A DNA stretch of 10,806 nt from the IMG/VR virus record IMGVR_UViG_3300049255_000405; one strand, given 5' to 3'. Below the pieces are notes generated by a model. The model saw nothing but the letters and a program-made list of their open reading frames with translations, was not told where the DNA came from and did no database searches. Numbering within the stretch: position 1 is the first letter of the stretch; each line of letters begins with the position of its first letter. The position numbers were made by a program, and so were the translations under genes. The stretch comes from a virus. Of this stretch, positions 1 through 7,007 are shown piece after piece.

Positions 1-693
1 GCCTGGGTTGTTCATGTCGGGCGGATACGCGCGCCCGCTCGGGGTGGGAAGCGGAGGGCCCCACAGGAAAGGCCGGTAATTCGTGGTTTTCTTCGGATCA
101 GGCTCATATTTGTCAGCTGCGTGGACGTTCACCTCCACCGAGTCCACATCGAGTTGGCTGCCTGCATTCGACTCTTGAAGCGCCGGCGAGAAAAAGACCT
201 GTCCTTGACCGCCGGCGAGGATGCCGGACCGGACCTCTCCTGTAAACTCGGCGAGCGGAATGCTGGTCAGCGGGACTCCCAAAGGAGTCGGCGGATACTG
301 GACATTCGGCTTGGCCTGGACCATGTACGACTGCGTGGTCGTACCGCCATCGGTGGTGCTCGCCTGGACGACAACAGAGACTGTGGCCGGATAGTCAAAA
401 CCGGCTATGATGTTGAAAGAATAGCCGTTGTCCGGGATGCTATACTCGTAGCTCGAGCCCGTGAACTGCGGATCGAAACTCGCGGTGCTTCCATCGAAGC
501 ACGGCAAGGCAGCGATGCTGATCTGCACGGTCGACAGATCGATGAGTCCGCCCTGGACTCCGATCGTCAGCTGAATCGCGTTCGTGCCTGTGGGTATAAG
601 GTCGCCGGGCTCCGGATTGAGCCCGGTCAAATATATGACACCACCACCGCCGTAGTTTGAGCCGAATTCTGCGCCCCAGCCAGGTGCGGGCAT
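1..693 (-). CDS. Hypothetical structural protein; N-terminal 231 aa only, the gene continues past the window start
   Basis: Hand translation of the minus strand from ATG (complement of 691..693) is open with no stop down to position 1: MPAPGWGAEFGSNYGGGGVIYLTGLNPEPGDLIPTGTNAIQLTIGVQGGLIDLSTVQISIAALPCFDGSTASFDPQFTGSSYEYSIPDNGYSFNIIAGFDYPATVSVVVQASTTDGGTTTQSYMVQAKPNVQYPPTPLGVPLTSIPLAEFTGEVRSGILAGGQGQVFFSPALQESNAGSQLDVDSVEVNVHAADKYEPDPKKTTNYRPFLWGPPLPTPSGRAYPPDMNNPG... A GGAGG Shine-Dalgarno sits 7 nt upstream. The gene is co-directional with and 71 nt downstream of the giant gene. It is absent from the ORF track because it is truncated by the window edge. The listed ORFs 121..660 (+) and 440..721 (-) are other frames of this same locus. 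Confidence 0.6.
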   Translation of the reverse strand, partial: MPAPGWGAEFGSNYGGGGVIYLTGLNPEPGDLIPTGTNAIQLTIGVQGGLIDLSTVQISIAALPCFDGSTASFDPQFTGSSYEYSIPDNGYSFNIIAGFDYPATVSVVVQASTTDGGTTTQSYMVQAKPNVQYPPTPLGVPLTSIPLAEFTGEVRSGILAGGQGQVFFSPALQESNAGSQLDVDSVEVNVHAADKYEPDPKKTTNYRPFLWGPPLPTPSGRAYPPDMNNPG

Positions 694-700
694 TCCGATG

Positions 701-705
701 CCTCC
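701..705 (-). promoter_or_regulatory. Shine-Dalgarno GGAGG for the 693..1 gene
   Basis: Minus-strand sequence GGTGGAGGCATCGGA-ATG; GGAGG lies 7 nt before the ATG. Confidence 0.55.
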
Positions 706-764
706 ACCGCACGTTACCCATTAGGCGCCTAGCTGCAGGGCTCGGTATTTAGTTACAGATACCC

Positions 765-1250
765 TCAGCTCAGCACAGCGATGGAGAACGAATTGGTCGC
801 TGCAGTGCGTATCAGCTTGTAAGTGTGGAAATTCCCGTCTGCCCAGTTGAAAGCTCGACGGAAAAGGCACTTGTTGGCGTTGAGGTCCTGGATCTTGATG
901 AAGTTCACGCTGTTGACGGTGTCGAAACCGATGGCTGCCGTGAACCCGGGACCCGCCATGCCGCTGATACCGATGTAGATATTCGTGTCGCCCGTGATGG
1001 GGTCTGGCACCGCCGCGTTGATGCGCACGCTGAAGGTCACGTCGAAATCCAGCGACGTGGCGTCGGGTAGTCCGGACGGGCTGATGTACACGGTCTTGGT
1101 ACCTGTGCCCGTCGTGCTGTAACGCAAGAAGTCGGTCACGCCCACGCTCAGGAGCTGGAGGGTGACCGCTCCCGGATTGTCCGCCGCCAGGACGAACGGC
1201 GTGAACTGCGCCACGTCGAGTCCGAGCTTGATTGACGCCGGCCCGCCGAC
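765..1250 (-). other. C-terminal domain of the giant protein with a third LamG-like motif (FNWADGNFHTYKLIRTAATNSFSIAVLS); candidate distal receptor-binding tip
   Basis: C-terminal residues about 2052-2080 match the same W...H-T-Y-K/R motif as copies 1 and 2. In fibre proteins the C-terminal domain is usually the receptor-binding tip (established general knowledge). Confidence 0.3.
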
Positions 1251-4200
1251 GAAGATTGAAGAGGGTGGACCGATGGTGGGACTGGTCAGGCGCAGCCTTC
1301 CGTCGCCATTATTTGACGCAAAGTTCGCCGGGATTCCCGGCGTTCCGTTGATACGAGACACGACCGCGCCGATGGTAGTGTCCGTCGCCTGGAACTGGAC
1401 GATAATCGGTGGGTTTGTATCGATCGCAATACTCAGATTATCGCCGGCCTCGATGGAGAATGGTTGAACATTGGCTCCGACCAAGTTGACCTGTTCGGGG
1501 AACGAGCCGCCTTCGTACGAGAGCGTGTGATCGGTCTGGTACTTCAGACCGCCCATGTGAAGGGTTTCGTCATCCGAAAACGGAGCGACGAGTCCAGCCT
1601 CTCCCGTCGTTATGGGGAAGAACTTCAGATTCTCGTACAGGACGCCGGACGGCGGGTCGATGTGAATGAAGATGGAGTTGCCGTGGACGCCCGGCTGAGT
1701 CAGGTGCAAGTTGTACGCGAGGTTGATGGCATCGGCGAGGACTGCCATCGTTCCTTCGTCGACAGCATCTGGGGCAGTCACCACATTCACGGTGTCATTC
1801 ATCACGTGGGCGGGAGCGTCCGAGTCGTTGACGACGGCCACTCTGTGCGCGTTGAAGTTGGCCTTGAGGGCGTTCGCCAAGGCGATACCGGTCGGCAAAT
1901 CCACCGCCGGCGGCAGGAGCACGGCGTCGAACTGGTCGTTGGACAAGTGCACGCGGTACTGCACGACGTGCTTGTTGAACGCCGCGAGGAGGTTGTTCAG
2001 GACAACGAGAGTTCCGGCGAGGAATGGCTGTACGACGAACGCCGTGCCGAGATTGTAGCCCTCGAGGTCCACGATGAGGTGGGAATCCTGGACCAGGATG
2101 TGCTGGTTGTAGTGGTTGGCGAGGTTGTTCGCGAAGGTGATTCCGGTGGGCAGGTCGACAGGCGGAGAATCGGAGTCGCTGTTGAAGCGGTCGATCCCTT
2201 TGTGCACGCCGGGCGCGTTCGGTCGATCGACGTTGACGATGTGCCGATTGAACTGAGTCTCGATGTCCGGCAGGAGGGCGAGAGCGCTCGGCAGGTCGAA
2301 GCAGGGCGGAGCTGTCGAAATGTCGACAGTGTCTGGCCGAACGTGCACTCCCACTTCCGACAAGTGGGCGTTGTAGAACGCCTGCAGGTCGTTGGACAGA
2401 GTGATGAGAGTCGGCAGATCCGATGCGGTGAGAGGCTCGAGGTTGATGATGTCGATGACGTTGTGAGGCCAGGTCCTTTCGACGTGCTCGACGAAGACCT
2501 GTTGGAAATTCTGCACCAGAGTGGCCAGGCTGGGTGCATCCGTCGCCGGCGGAGCCGTAATGGCGAACAGAGTGTCCGCGATGACGTGGACGCCGGCGGC
2601 CACGCGGTGAGCTTCGTAATTCGTGCGCACCTGATTCATCGCCGAGATGGCGTTGGGCAAGTTGAACATGCCCGGGATGGGAACGGTGTCTCCTGGATCG
2701 TTCGTCTGATGAACGCCTGGCGAAATGAGGTGATTGTTGAAGGTCGGAATGACCTGCGTGAAGACGATGGAAATGAGTTCCGTGATGGGCGTGTCGGACG
2801 ACGTCGCGTTGGTGGTGTCGTCCTCGAGGTCTGAGAGGAACCCACTCTCATCGACGAACTGAAGGGCGGGGACGGCCTCTTGCAGAGTCGCGGTCTTGCT
2901 CAGCCCACCACGCGACTGCAAATCCTGCGTCATGGGCACCGGAGGAGTGCCCTCGCCCAGGTTTGTGAAGGCGGCCAGAGCCGGGTTCGACAAGAAGTCG
3001 TCGGAAGGAGTCCCTCCCGAGTAAACCGTGAAACCTGCGTGCTCATGTGGCAGCTGAGTGTGCAGGTGCTCAGGAGAGACGACCGCGTTGGCCTGATTGA
3101 GCGTCTGGTGCGGCGGGATGAGGCGATTGGTCAGCGTCAGCTTGCCGATCGAATACTTGATCGGACCCCAAATGACGCGAGCGATTTCTTCGGGGTCGAA
3201 ACACCCGAACGCGATGCATTCCCTGTTGCCAGTAATCGGCTGCAGGAAACTCGCCGCAACCCCTGGAAGCTTGATAGCGTCGTAGTTGATGGAGATGACG
3301 GGGATGTTACCGCCGTCGAGAAAGACGGACACATTCCCTGACGGGTCACGCACCACACGATAAGTGTGGGACTGAGTCCAATCGACCTGAGAGATGTAGT
3401 ACGAGGCAAGAAGCGACGGATCTCCGCCCGAGTAGATACCGATGAATCTCCTGGAAGCCGCCGTAGGATCTGCGACCTTCAGGTCGCGGAATCCGCAGAC
3501 CGACCTCCAGTCGACCACGGACATCGCTGTACTCGGGTCGCCGTTGCCGACCGCCGTACCGCCAGACCCAAAAGTCATGGCTGGACCGACGACACCAGGG
3601 TGGAGGCTGTTGTACGAGAAATTCCCGAGCGAGATGTTATCGCCCAGGACTATGCAGATCCCGGCTGTCTTGTTCGTGAACAGGTCGACTGAGTGGATCT
3701 GCCCATCATTCCAGGCGAACGGGAAAGCTGCTTGCTGATCGAGAAAGCCGGTTGTCGAATTGTACGACAGCACATTGATATATGTGCCGCCGAATTGGTC
3801 TACCGCGTACTGCAGCTCTACATTCTTGCCGGACGTGCCTTCATCGACGTTGACGAGGACTCCAGCGAATTGCAAATTGGTCCCCGAGACGATCGGGTTC
3901 CCCGGAGTGAATGACACGACAGCGAGCCGGAAGTCGACCTTCCAGTCCACAGCGGGATTGAAGACGGGGCTCGTGTACAGAGTGTTGTTCAGAGTGTAGA
4001 CAAGGAAGTCGCTGGTGCTCGAGTCCGTGATCCGCATCGTGCGGCCGAGCATCTCGGACGCCTGGCTTCCAGAAGCCACCCAGTCTGGCGTGTCCTGGTC
4101 CGGGAAAGTCGCGCCAAACCAAGAGACTTTGGGTTCAGGATTGGAGTCGCGTCCGAAGTATGTGCCCAGGGCCAGACCCAACTTCTCCAGTGCGTTTCCG

Positions 4201-7007
4201 CCGAGAAGTCGGAGCTGAGAATTCGCGCCGAGCGTCTGATCCGTCAGAACGATGGCGCCGGAGCCGTTGTCCGCGGCGAGCGCGAAGCCTACCGCGGCGT
4301 TGATGACGGTCGAAACCTGCGCTGTGGTCGTCGCTGGTGAGGTGAAAGTGACGGTGATGGGCTCCGCCGAACCGATGCCAATAATGGCGGTGTCGTTGGT
4401 GGCGATGCCGAAAGGTTGCGTCGATGTCCCGGTGACAGTGGCCGCGCTCGGGGTGTCCTGCAGGAACAGAAGCCACGTCGAGAAGATGTCATCGTCGATG
4501 AAGACGCCGGCGCCCTTGTTGTCCAGGCTGAATGTGTAGAATCCAAGGCTCGCCGTGAACTCCACGGTGCTGGCGGCCACTCGAGTGAGGATAGGCTCGA
4601 GCCGCAAGAACCCGCGATACGCACCGGTTGTCATACCGAGCGCGGCAATGTCATCGAGCGGAGCGCTGGCAGTCGAATCCAGGACGAGCTTGTTGAGCGA
4701 CAGTCGCTCGAAACCCGACTGCCCAATAGTGATCCACGGGGCGGTGGGGTCGAGTTCCGGGAGGACCGTGGGCTCGTAGTCGACCGCTTTGTTGTCGCCA
4801 ATCTGGTCTTCGTCGATGGGCGTGACATCAACGCGGATGAAAGCCCACTTGCTGGTCGAAGTGCTTCGGCGCCACACAGCACCGAAGAACACTTGCGACA
4901 TCGGATTGAGCCGAATGTCGACGTCGGACGTTGCAGGAAGCTGCGCGTGGGTCACGCTTGCTGTGGGGACAACAGCGCCGCTGGTGTAGAGGGAAACGTT
5001 CCCCTCCGAGTCGCGGAAGATGCGGTAAGTCGCGTCGATGGACCAGTTGACTGCTCCACTGACCCAGCTGTCCTCGAACTCCGGGAAGCCAGAGTTGGTG
5101 AGAAACCCGATCTGCTGCACCAGACCCACCGAGTTGACGGTGTCGTTGTTGTAGTGGATGCCAGGAGCGGTCAGGTGCGTGTTGAGGTTGTCACGCAGCT
5201 GGTTGACCAGGGCGAGAGCGCTCGGGAGATCTGTCGAGTCCGGCGCCGTAATCTGGTCGGCCGAGTCAGCGAGCACGTGAATGTGACCGCCGCCGTAGGA
5301 CATGTGCTGATTCATCAGCACTTTGAGGCGGTTCGCGAGGATGATGAGAGAGGTGAGATCCGTCGCGTTGACGATATCCACCGTGTCTATAGTGTCGTTC
5401 GGCCGATGCACACCCGTAAGGATAAGGTGAGCGTCGAAAGCGGCCGACAGATCGTTCACCATTGCAATGGCGGACGAAAGATTATTGGCGTCGGTGAGGA
5501 GCAAGCCGACCAGAGCGACTTTTTGACCATCCGCGAGGCCGAAGCCGACGCCCGTGAAGGTCCCATCCGGAACGGTCTGCGACACGCTCACGCGGAAAGC
5601 TGCGGAGACTGTGCTGTCGAAAGTGAGGTCGATGGGATGCGTGTAGAAAGGAGGCTCGATTCCCGGACCTGGACTCGGGTTAGAGTCCACAATGGTGAGC
5701 CCGGTCCCTCCAGGAGCCAAGCTCATCGTGCCTTGACCCTCGAGCGTCCAGGGGTCTGTCGCCTGATCGGGCAGAGCCGTCGGGTCGTACCTAATCACGA
5801 CCTCGAACACTTCAGCGTTGAGGACCGGGAAGAAAACCCGGTTAGTTGGCACGTTCAGCAGCAGCGTGTTCGGATCGTTGAGGACAGCGCTGTAGCTGCG
5901 CTGGAGCATCTTGTACTTCCAGCCCGTGCGCAGCGGTTGATACGGAGACTTGATGGTGGGAAGCGCGTTCGTCGGGTCGACGAGGGTTGCTTTGGCCCGA
6001 TACGTGTAACCCGGCACGCCCATGAATCCGCGGTTGCCGGATTCGTTGAGGACGAACTCTGGAGAGTTGAGCCTCTGAAACTGCGTCGGTGGATTTCCGA
6101 GAAAATCGTAGTTGATGGTGACGGTGTCGGTCGGTTGTGGTGTGTTCGTCAGCACCACTGCACCGAGGAGACCGAAGACAGCGTCGACACTGGTCTCGAT
6201 GCCGTTGACGAAGACCTGCACATCTGCAGGGCTGTCAGCCACTTCCCCGATGCGCGGGTCCGAGAGAACCCAATTGAATGGACCGATGTTGACGCCCGAC
6301 TGGAAGGCGACTTGAGCGGATGGAACCGTGACCCTGTCGACCGTGTCTCTCTCGTAGTGGTAGACGCCGCTGTCACGGTGAAGTTCGTACGCTTGCCGGA
6401 GAGCGTTGGCCAGATAGAACGCGCTTGCCAGATTGCTCGCTGGCGGCAAGAGCACGACGTCTTGCGAGTCAGGATTGAGGTGAACGGGAGGAACGCCGCC
6501 GGTGAGCCCGATGTGGTTGAGGAACTTCGGCAGAAGCTCGTTGAGGAGAATGATCACACTCGACAAGTCCACCGAATTTTGCGCCAGAACCACGTCTGCC
6601 GGGTCGATGGTGCCGTGCACATATGGCGGCGCTCCCGTCCCGCCATTGACCACGTGGGCGTTGAACTCAGCCTTGATGTTGTTGGCCAAGGCAACGACGG
6701 CCGCAAGCGTCACCTGAGGATCCGAAGCGTCTAGCGTCGCGTTGCCAAGTGCCAGAGTCGTCGAATTCGGCACCGCCGCGATGGGAAAAGTGCCATCATT
6801 GCGTCCGTGCGGACTGCCGGAGATGGTGATCGTCTTGCCGATGAAGGTCAGGTCGAACGATGCAGTCGGGATCTGCACCAGGTTCGGACCGATGACCATG
6901 AGGTTGGAGCCTGTGAGCAGCGGGAGTGGCTGCTTGACGATCACACCCTTGTTGGTGAACAAGGTGCGGTCGCGCACAGACTGGAGGGCGGAGAGCGGGA
7001 CAGTCAT
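765..7007 (-). CDS. Giant 2080-aa mosaic fibre/adhesin-like protein: about 15 copies of a His-pair ~40-aa repeat in three blocks, plus three LamG/concanavalin-like lectin motifs; putative tail fibre or host-recognition protein
   Basis: Single uninterrupted 6.2-kb ORF, essentially impossible by chance. It has internally coherent protein-level repeats. It has no N-terminal signal peptide (MTVPLSALQSVRDRTLFTNKGVIVKQ...). Composition is rich in T/S/N/D/V/G and poor in K/R/C/W, as in beta-rich fibre proteins. Its start ATG overlaps the upstream gene's stop as TGATG. Confidence 0.88.
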   Translation of the reverse strand: MTVPLSALQSVRDRTLFTNKGVIVKQPLPLLTGSNLMVIGPNLVQIPTASFDLTFIGKTITISGSPHGRNDGTFPIAAVPNSTTLALGNATLDASDPQVTLAAVVALANNIKAEFNAHVVNGGTGAPPYVHGTIDPADVVLAQNSVDLSSVIILLNELLPKFLNHIGLTGGVPPVHLNPDSQDVVLLPPASNLASAFYLANALRQAYELHRDSGVYHYERDTVDRVTVPSAQVAFQSGVNIGPFNWVLSDPRIGEVADSPADVQVFVNGIETSVDAVFGLLGAVVLTNTPQPTDTVTINYDFLGNPPTQFQRLNSPEFVLNESGNRGFMGVPGYTYRAKATLVDPTNALPTIKSPYQPLRTGWKYKMLQRSYSAVLNDPNTLLLNVPTNRVFFPVLNAEVFEVVIRYDPTALPDQATDPWTLEGQGTMSLAPGGTGLTIVDSNPSPGPGIEPPFYTHPIDLTFDSTVSAAFRVSVSQTVPDGTFTGVGFGLADGQKVALVGLLLTDANNLSSAIAMVNDLSAAFDAHLILTGVHRPNDTIDTVDIVNATDLTSLIILANRLKVLMNQHMSYGGGHIHVLADSADQITAPDSTDLPSALALVNQLRDNLNTHLTAPGIHYNNDTVNSVGLVQQIGFLTNSGFPEFEDSWVSGAVNWSIDATYRIFRDSEGNVSLYTSGAVVPTASVTHAQLPATSDVDIRLNPMSQVFFGAVWRRSTSTSKWAFIRVDVTPIDEDQIGDNKAVDYEPTVLPELDPTAPWITIGQSGFERLSLNKLVLDSTASAPLDDIAALGMTTGAYRGFLRLEPILTRVAASTVEFTASLGFYTFSLDNKGAGVFIDDDIFSTWLLFLQDTPSAATVTGTSTQPFGIATNDTAIIGIGSAEPITVTFTSPATTTAQVSTVINAAVGFALAADNGSGAIVLTDQTLGANSQLRLLGGNALEKLGLALGTYFGRDSNPEPKVSWFGATFPDQDTPDWVASGSQASEMLGRTMRITDSSTSDFLVYTLNNTLYTSPVFNPAVDWKVDFRLAVVSFTPGNPIVSGTNLQFAGVLVNVDEGTSGKNVELQYAVDQFGGTYINVLSYNSTTGFLDQQAAFPFAWNDGQIHSVDLFTNKTAGICIVLGDNISLGNFSYNSLHPGVVGPAMTFGSGGTAVGNGDPSTAMSVVDWRSVCGFRDLKVADPTAASRRFIGIYSGGDPSLLASYYISQVDWTQSHTYRVVRDPSGNVSVFLDGGNIPVISINYDAIKLPGVAASFLQPITGNRECIAFGCFDPEEIARVIWGPIKYSIGKLTLTNRLIPPHQTLNQANAVVSPEHLHTQLPHEHAGFTVYSGGTPSDDFLSNPALAAFTNLGEGTPPVPMTQDLQSRGGLSKTATLQEAVPALQFVDESGFLSDLEDDTTNATSSDTPITELISIVFTQVIPTFNNHLISPGVHQTNDPGDTVPIPGMFNLPNAISAMNQVRTNYEAHRVAAGVHVIADTLFAITAPPATDAPSLATLVQNFQQVFVEHVERTWPHNVIDIINLEPLTASDLPTLITLSNDLQAFYNAHLSEVGVHVRPDTVDISTAPPCFDLPSALALLPDIETQFNRHIVNVDRPNAPGVHKGIDRFNSDSDSPPVDLPTGITFANNLANHYNQHILVQDSHLIVDLEGYNLGTAFVVQPFLAGTLVVLNNLLAAFNKHVVQYRVHLSNDQFDAVLLPPAVDLPTGIALANALKANFNAHRVAVVNDSDAPAHVMNDTVNVVTAPDAVDEGTMAVLADAINLAYNLHLTQPGVHGNSIFIHIDPPSGVLYENLKFFPITTGEAGLVAPFSDDETLHMGGLKYQTDHTLSYEGGSFPEQVNLVGANVQPFSIEAGDNLSIAIDTNPPIIVQFQATDTTIGAVVSRINGTPGIPANFASNNGDGRLRLTSPTIGPPSSIFVGGPASIKLGLDVAQFTPFVLAADNPGAVTLQLLSVGVTDFLRYSTTGTGTKTVYISPSGLPDATSLDFDVTFSVRINAAVPDPITGDTNIYIGISGMAGPGFTAAIGFDTVNSVNFIKIQDLNANKCLFRRAFNWADGNFHTYKLIRTAATNSFSIAVLS
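1668..2795 (-). repeat. Repeat block C of the giant protein (about residues 1405-1780): 9 tandem copies of the His-pair repeat
   Basis: TFNNHLISPGVHQTND; NYEAHRVAAGVHVIAD; FVEHVERTWPHNVID; DLPTLITLSNDLQAFYNAHLSEVGVHVRPD; DLPSALALLPDIETQFNRHIVNVDRPNAPGVHKGID; DLPTGITFANNLANHYNQHILVQDSHLIVD; VVLNNLLAAFNKHVVQYRVHLSND; DLPTGIALANALKANFNAHRVAVVNDSDAPAHVMND; AVLADAINLAYNLHLTQPGVHGNS. The spacing of the first His is 40-47 aa. Similarity is at protein level only, since the nucleotide sequences have diverged. Confidence 0.7.
3150..3700 (-). other. LamG/concanavalin-like lectin motif 2 in the giant protein (DWTQSHTYRVVRDPSGNVSVFLDGG); domain bounds approximate
   Basis: Residues about 1209-1233, nt about 3309..3383. 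This is the best match of the three to the LamG core W-H-x-x-x-V-x-R-D-x-x-G-x-V-S-x-F-L-D-G. Confidence 0.4.
4900..5150 (-). other. LamG/concanavalin-like lectin motif 1 in the giant protein (W-x-x-x-x-TYRIFRDSEGNVSLY); domain bounds approximate
   Basis: NWSIDATYRIFRDSEGNVSLYTSG (about residues 654-677) resembles the conserved core of laminin-G/ConA-like jelly-roll domains (W-h-h-v-x-v-x-x-D-x-x-G-x-x-x-L-Y-V-D-G). Confidence 0.35.
5148..5495 (-). repeat. Repeat block B of the giant protein (about residues 505-620): 3 copies of the His-pair repeat
   Basis: NLSSAIAMVNDLSAAFDAHLILTGVHRPND / DLTSLIILANRLKVLMNQHMSYGGGHIHVLAD / DLPSALALVNQLRDNLNTHLTAPGIHYNND. The first His falls at residues about 528, 568 and 611, a spacing of 40-44 aa. 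Confidence 0.65.
6318..6725 (-). repeat. Repeat block A of the giant protein (about residues 95-230): 3 copies of the His-pair repeat
   Basis: TLAAVVALANNIKAEFNAHVVNGGTGAPPYVHG / DLSSVIILLNELLPKFLNHIGLTGGVPPVHL / NLASAFYLANALRQAYELHRDSGVYHY. Coordinates are approximate (+/- 10 nt). Confidence 0.6.

Noticed and set aside
121-721. ORFs 121..660 (+, 179 aa) and 440..721 (-, 93 aa, MGNVRWRHRNARTWLGRRIRLKLRRWW...)
   Set aside because: Both are alternative frames of the real minus-strand gene 693..1. The 93-aa one is an Arg/Trp-rich nonsense frame, and the + one is antisense. Neither has an SD, whereas the 693 start has GGAGG.
741-764. Hairpin GGTAT-N10-ATACC immediately after the giant gene's TGA, a possible terminator
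   Set aside because: The stem is only 5 bp and AT-containing, with no downstream U-tract. The next gene follows co-directionally with its own SD, so read-through is more likely than termination.
765-1300. Possibility that the C-terminal lectin-like domain of the giant protein is a DGR (diversity-generating retroelement) variable region
   Set aside because: No reverse-transcriptase ORF and no nucleotide-level template-repeat copy of the C-terminal region are visible in the window. Only a whole-genome search for a near-identical TR and an RT could exclude it.
4416-6734. 772-aa ORF on the + strand (also 1464..2834 + 456 aa, 2880..3341 +, 1997..2539 -, and others) that overlaps the giant minus-strand gene
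   Set aside because: Arg/Asp/Val/Glu/Gly-rich, low-complexity translations (e.g. ...RRRQEHGVELVVGQVHAV...). This is typical of antisense or off-frame ORFs in high-GC coding DNA. The 6.2-kb minus-strand frame carries coherent domain repeats and is certainly the real gene.
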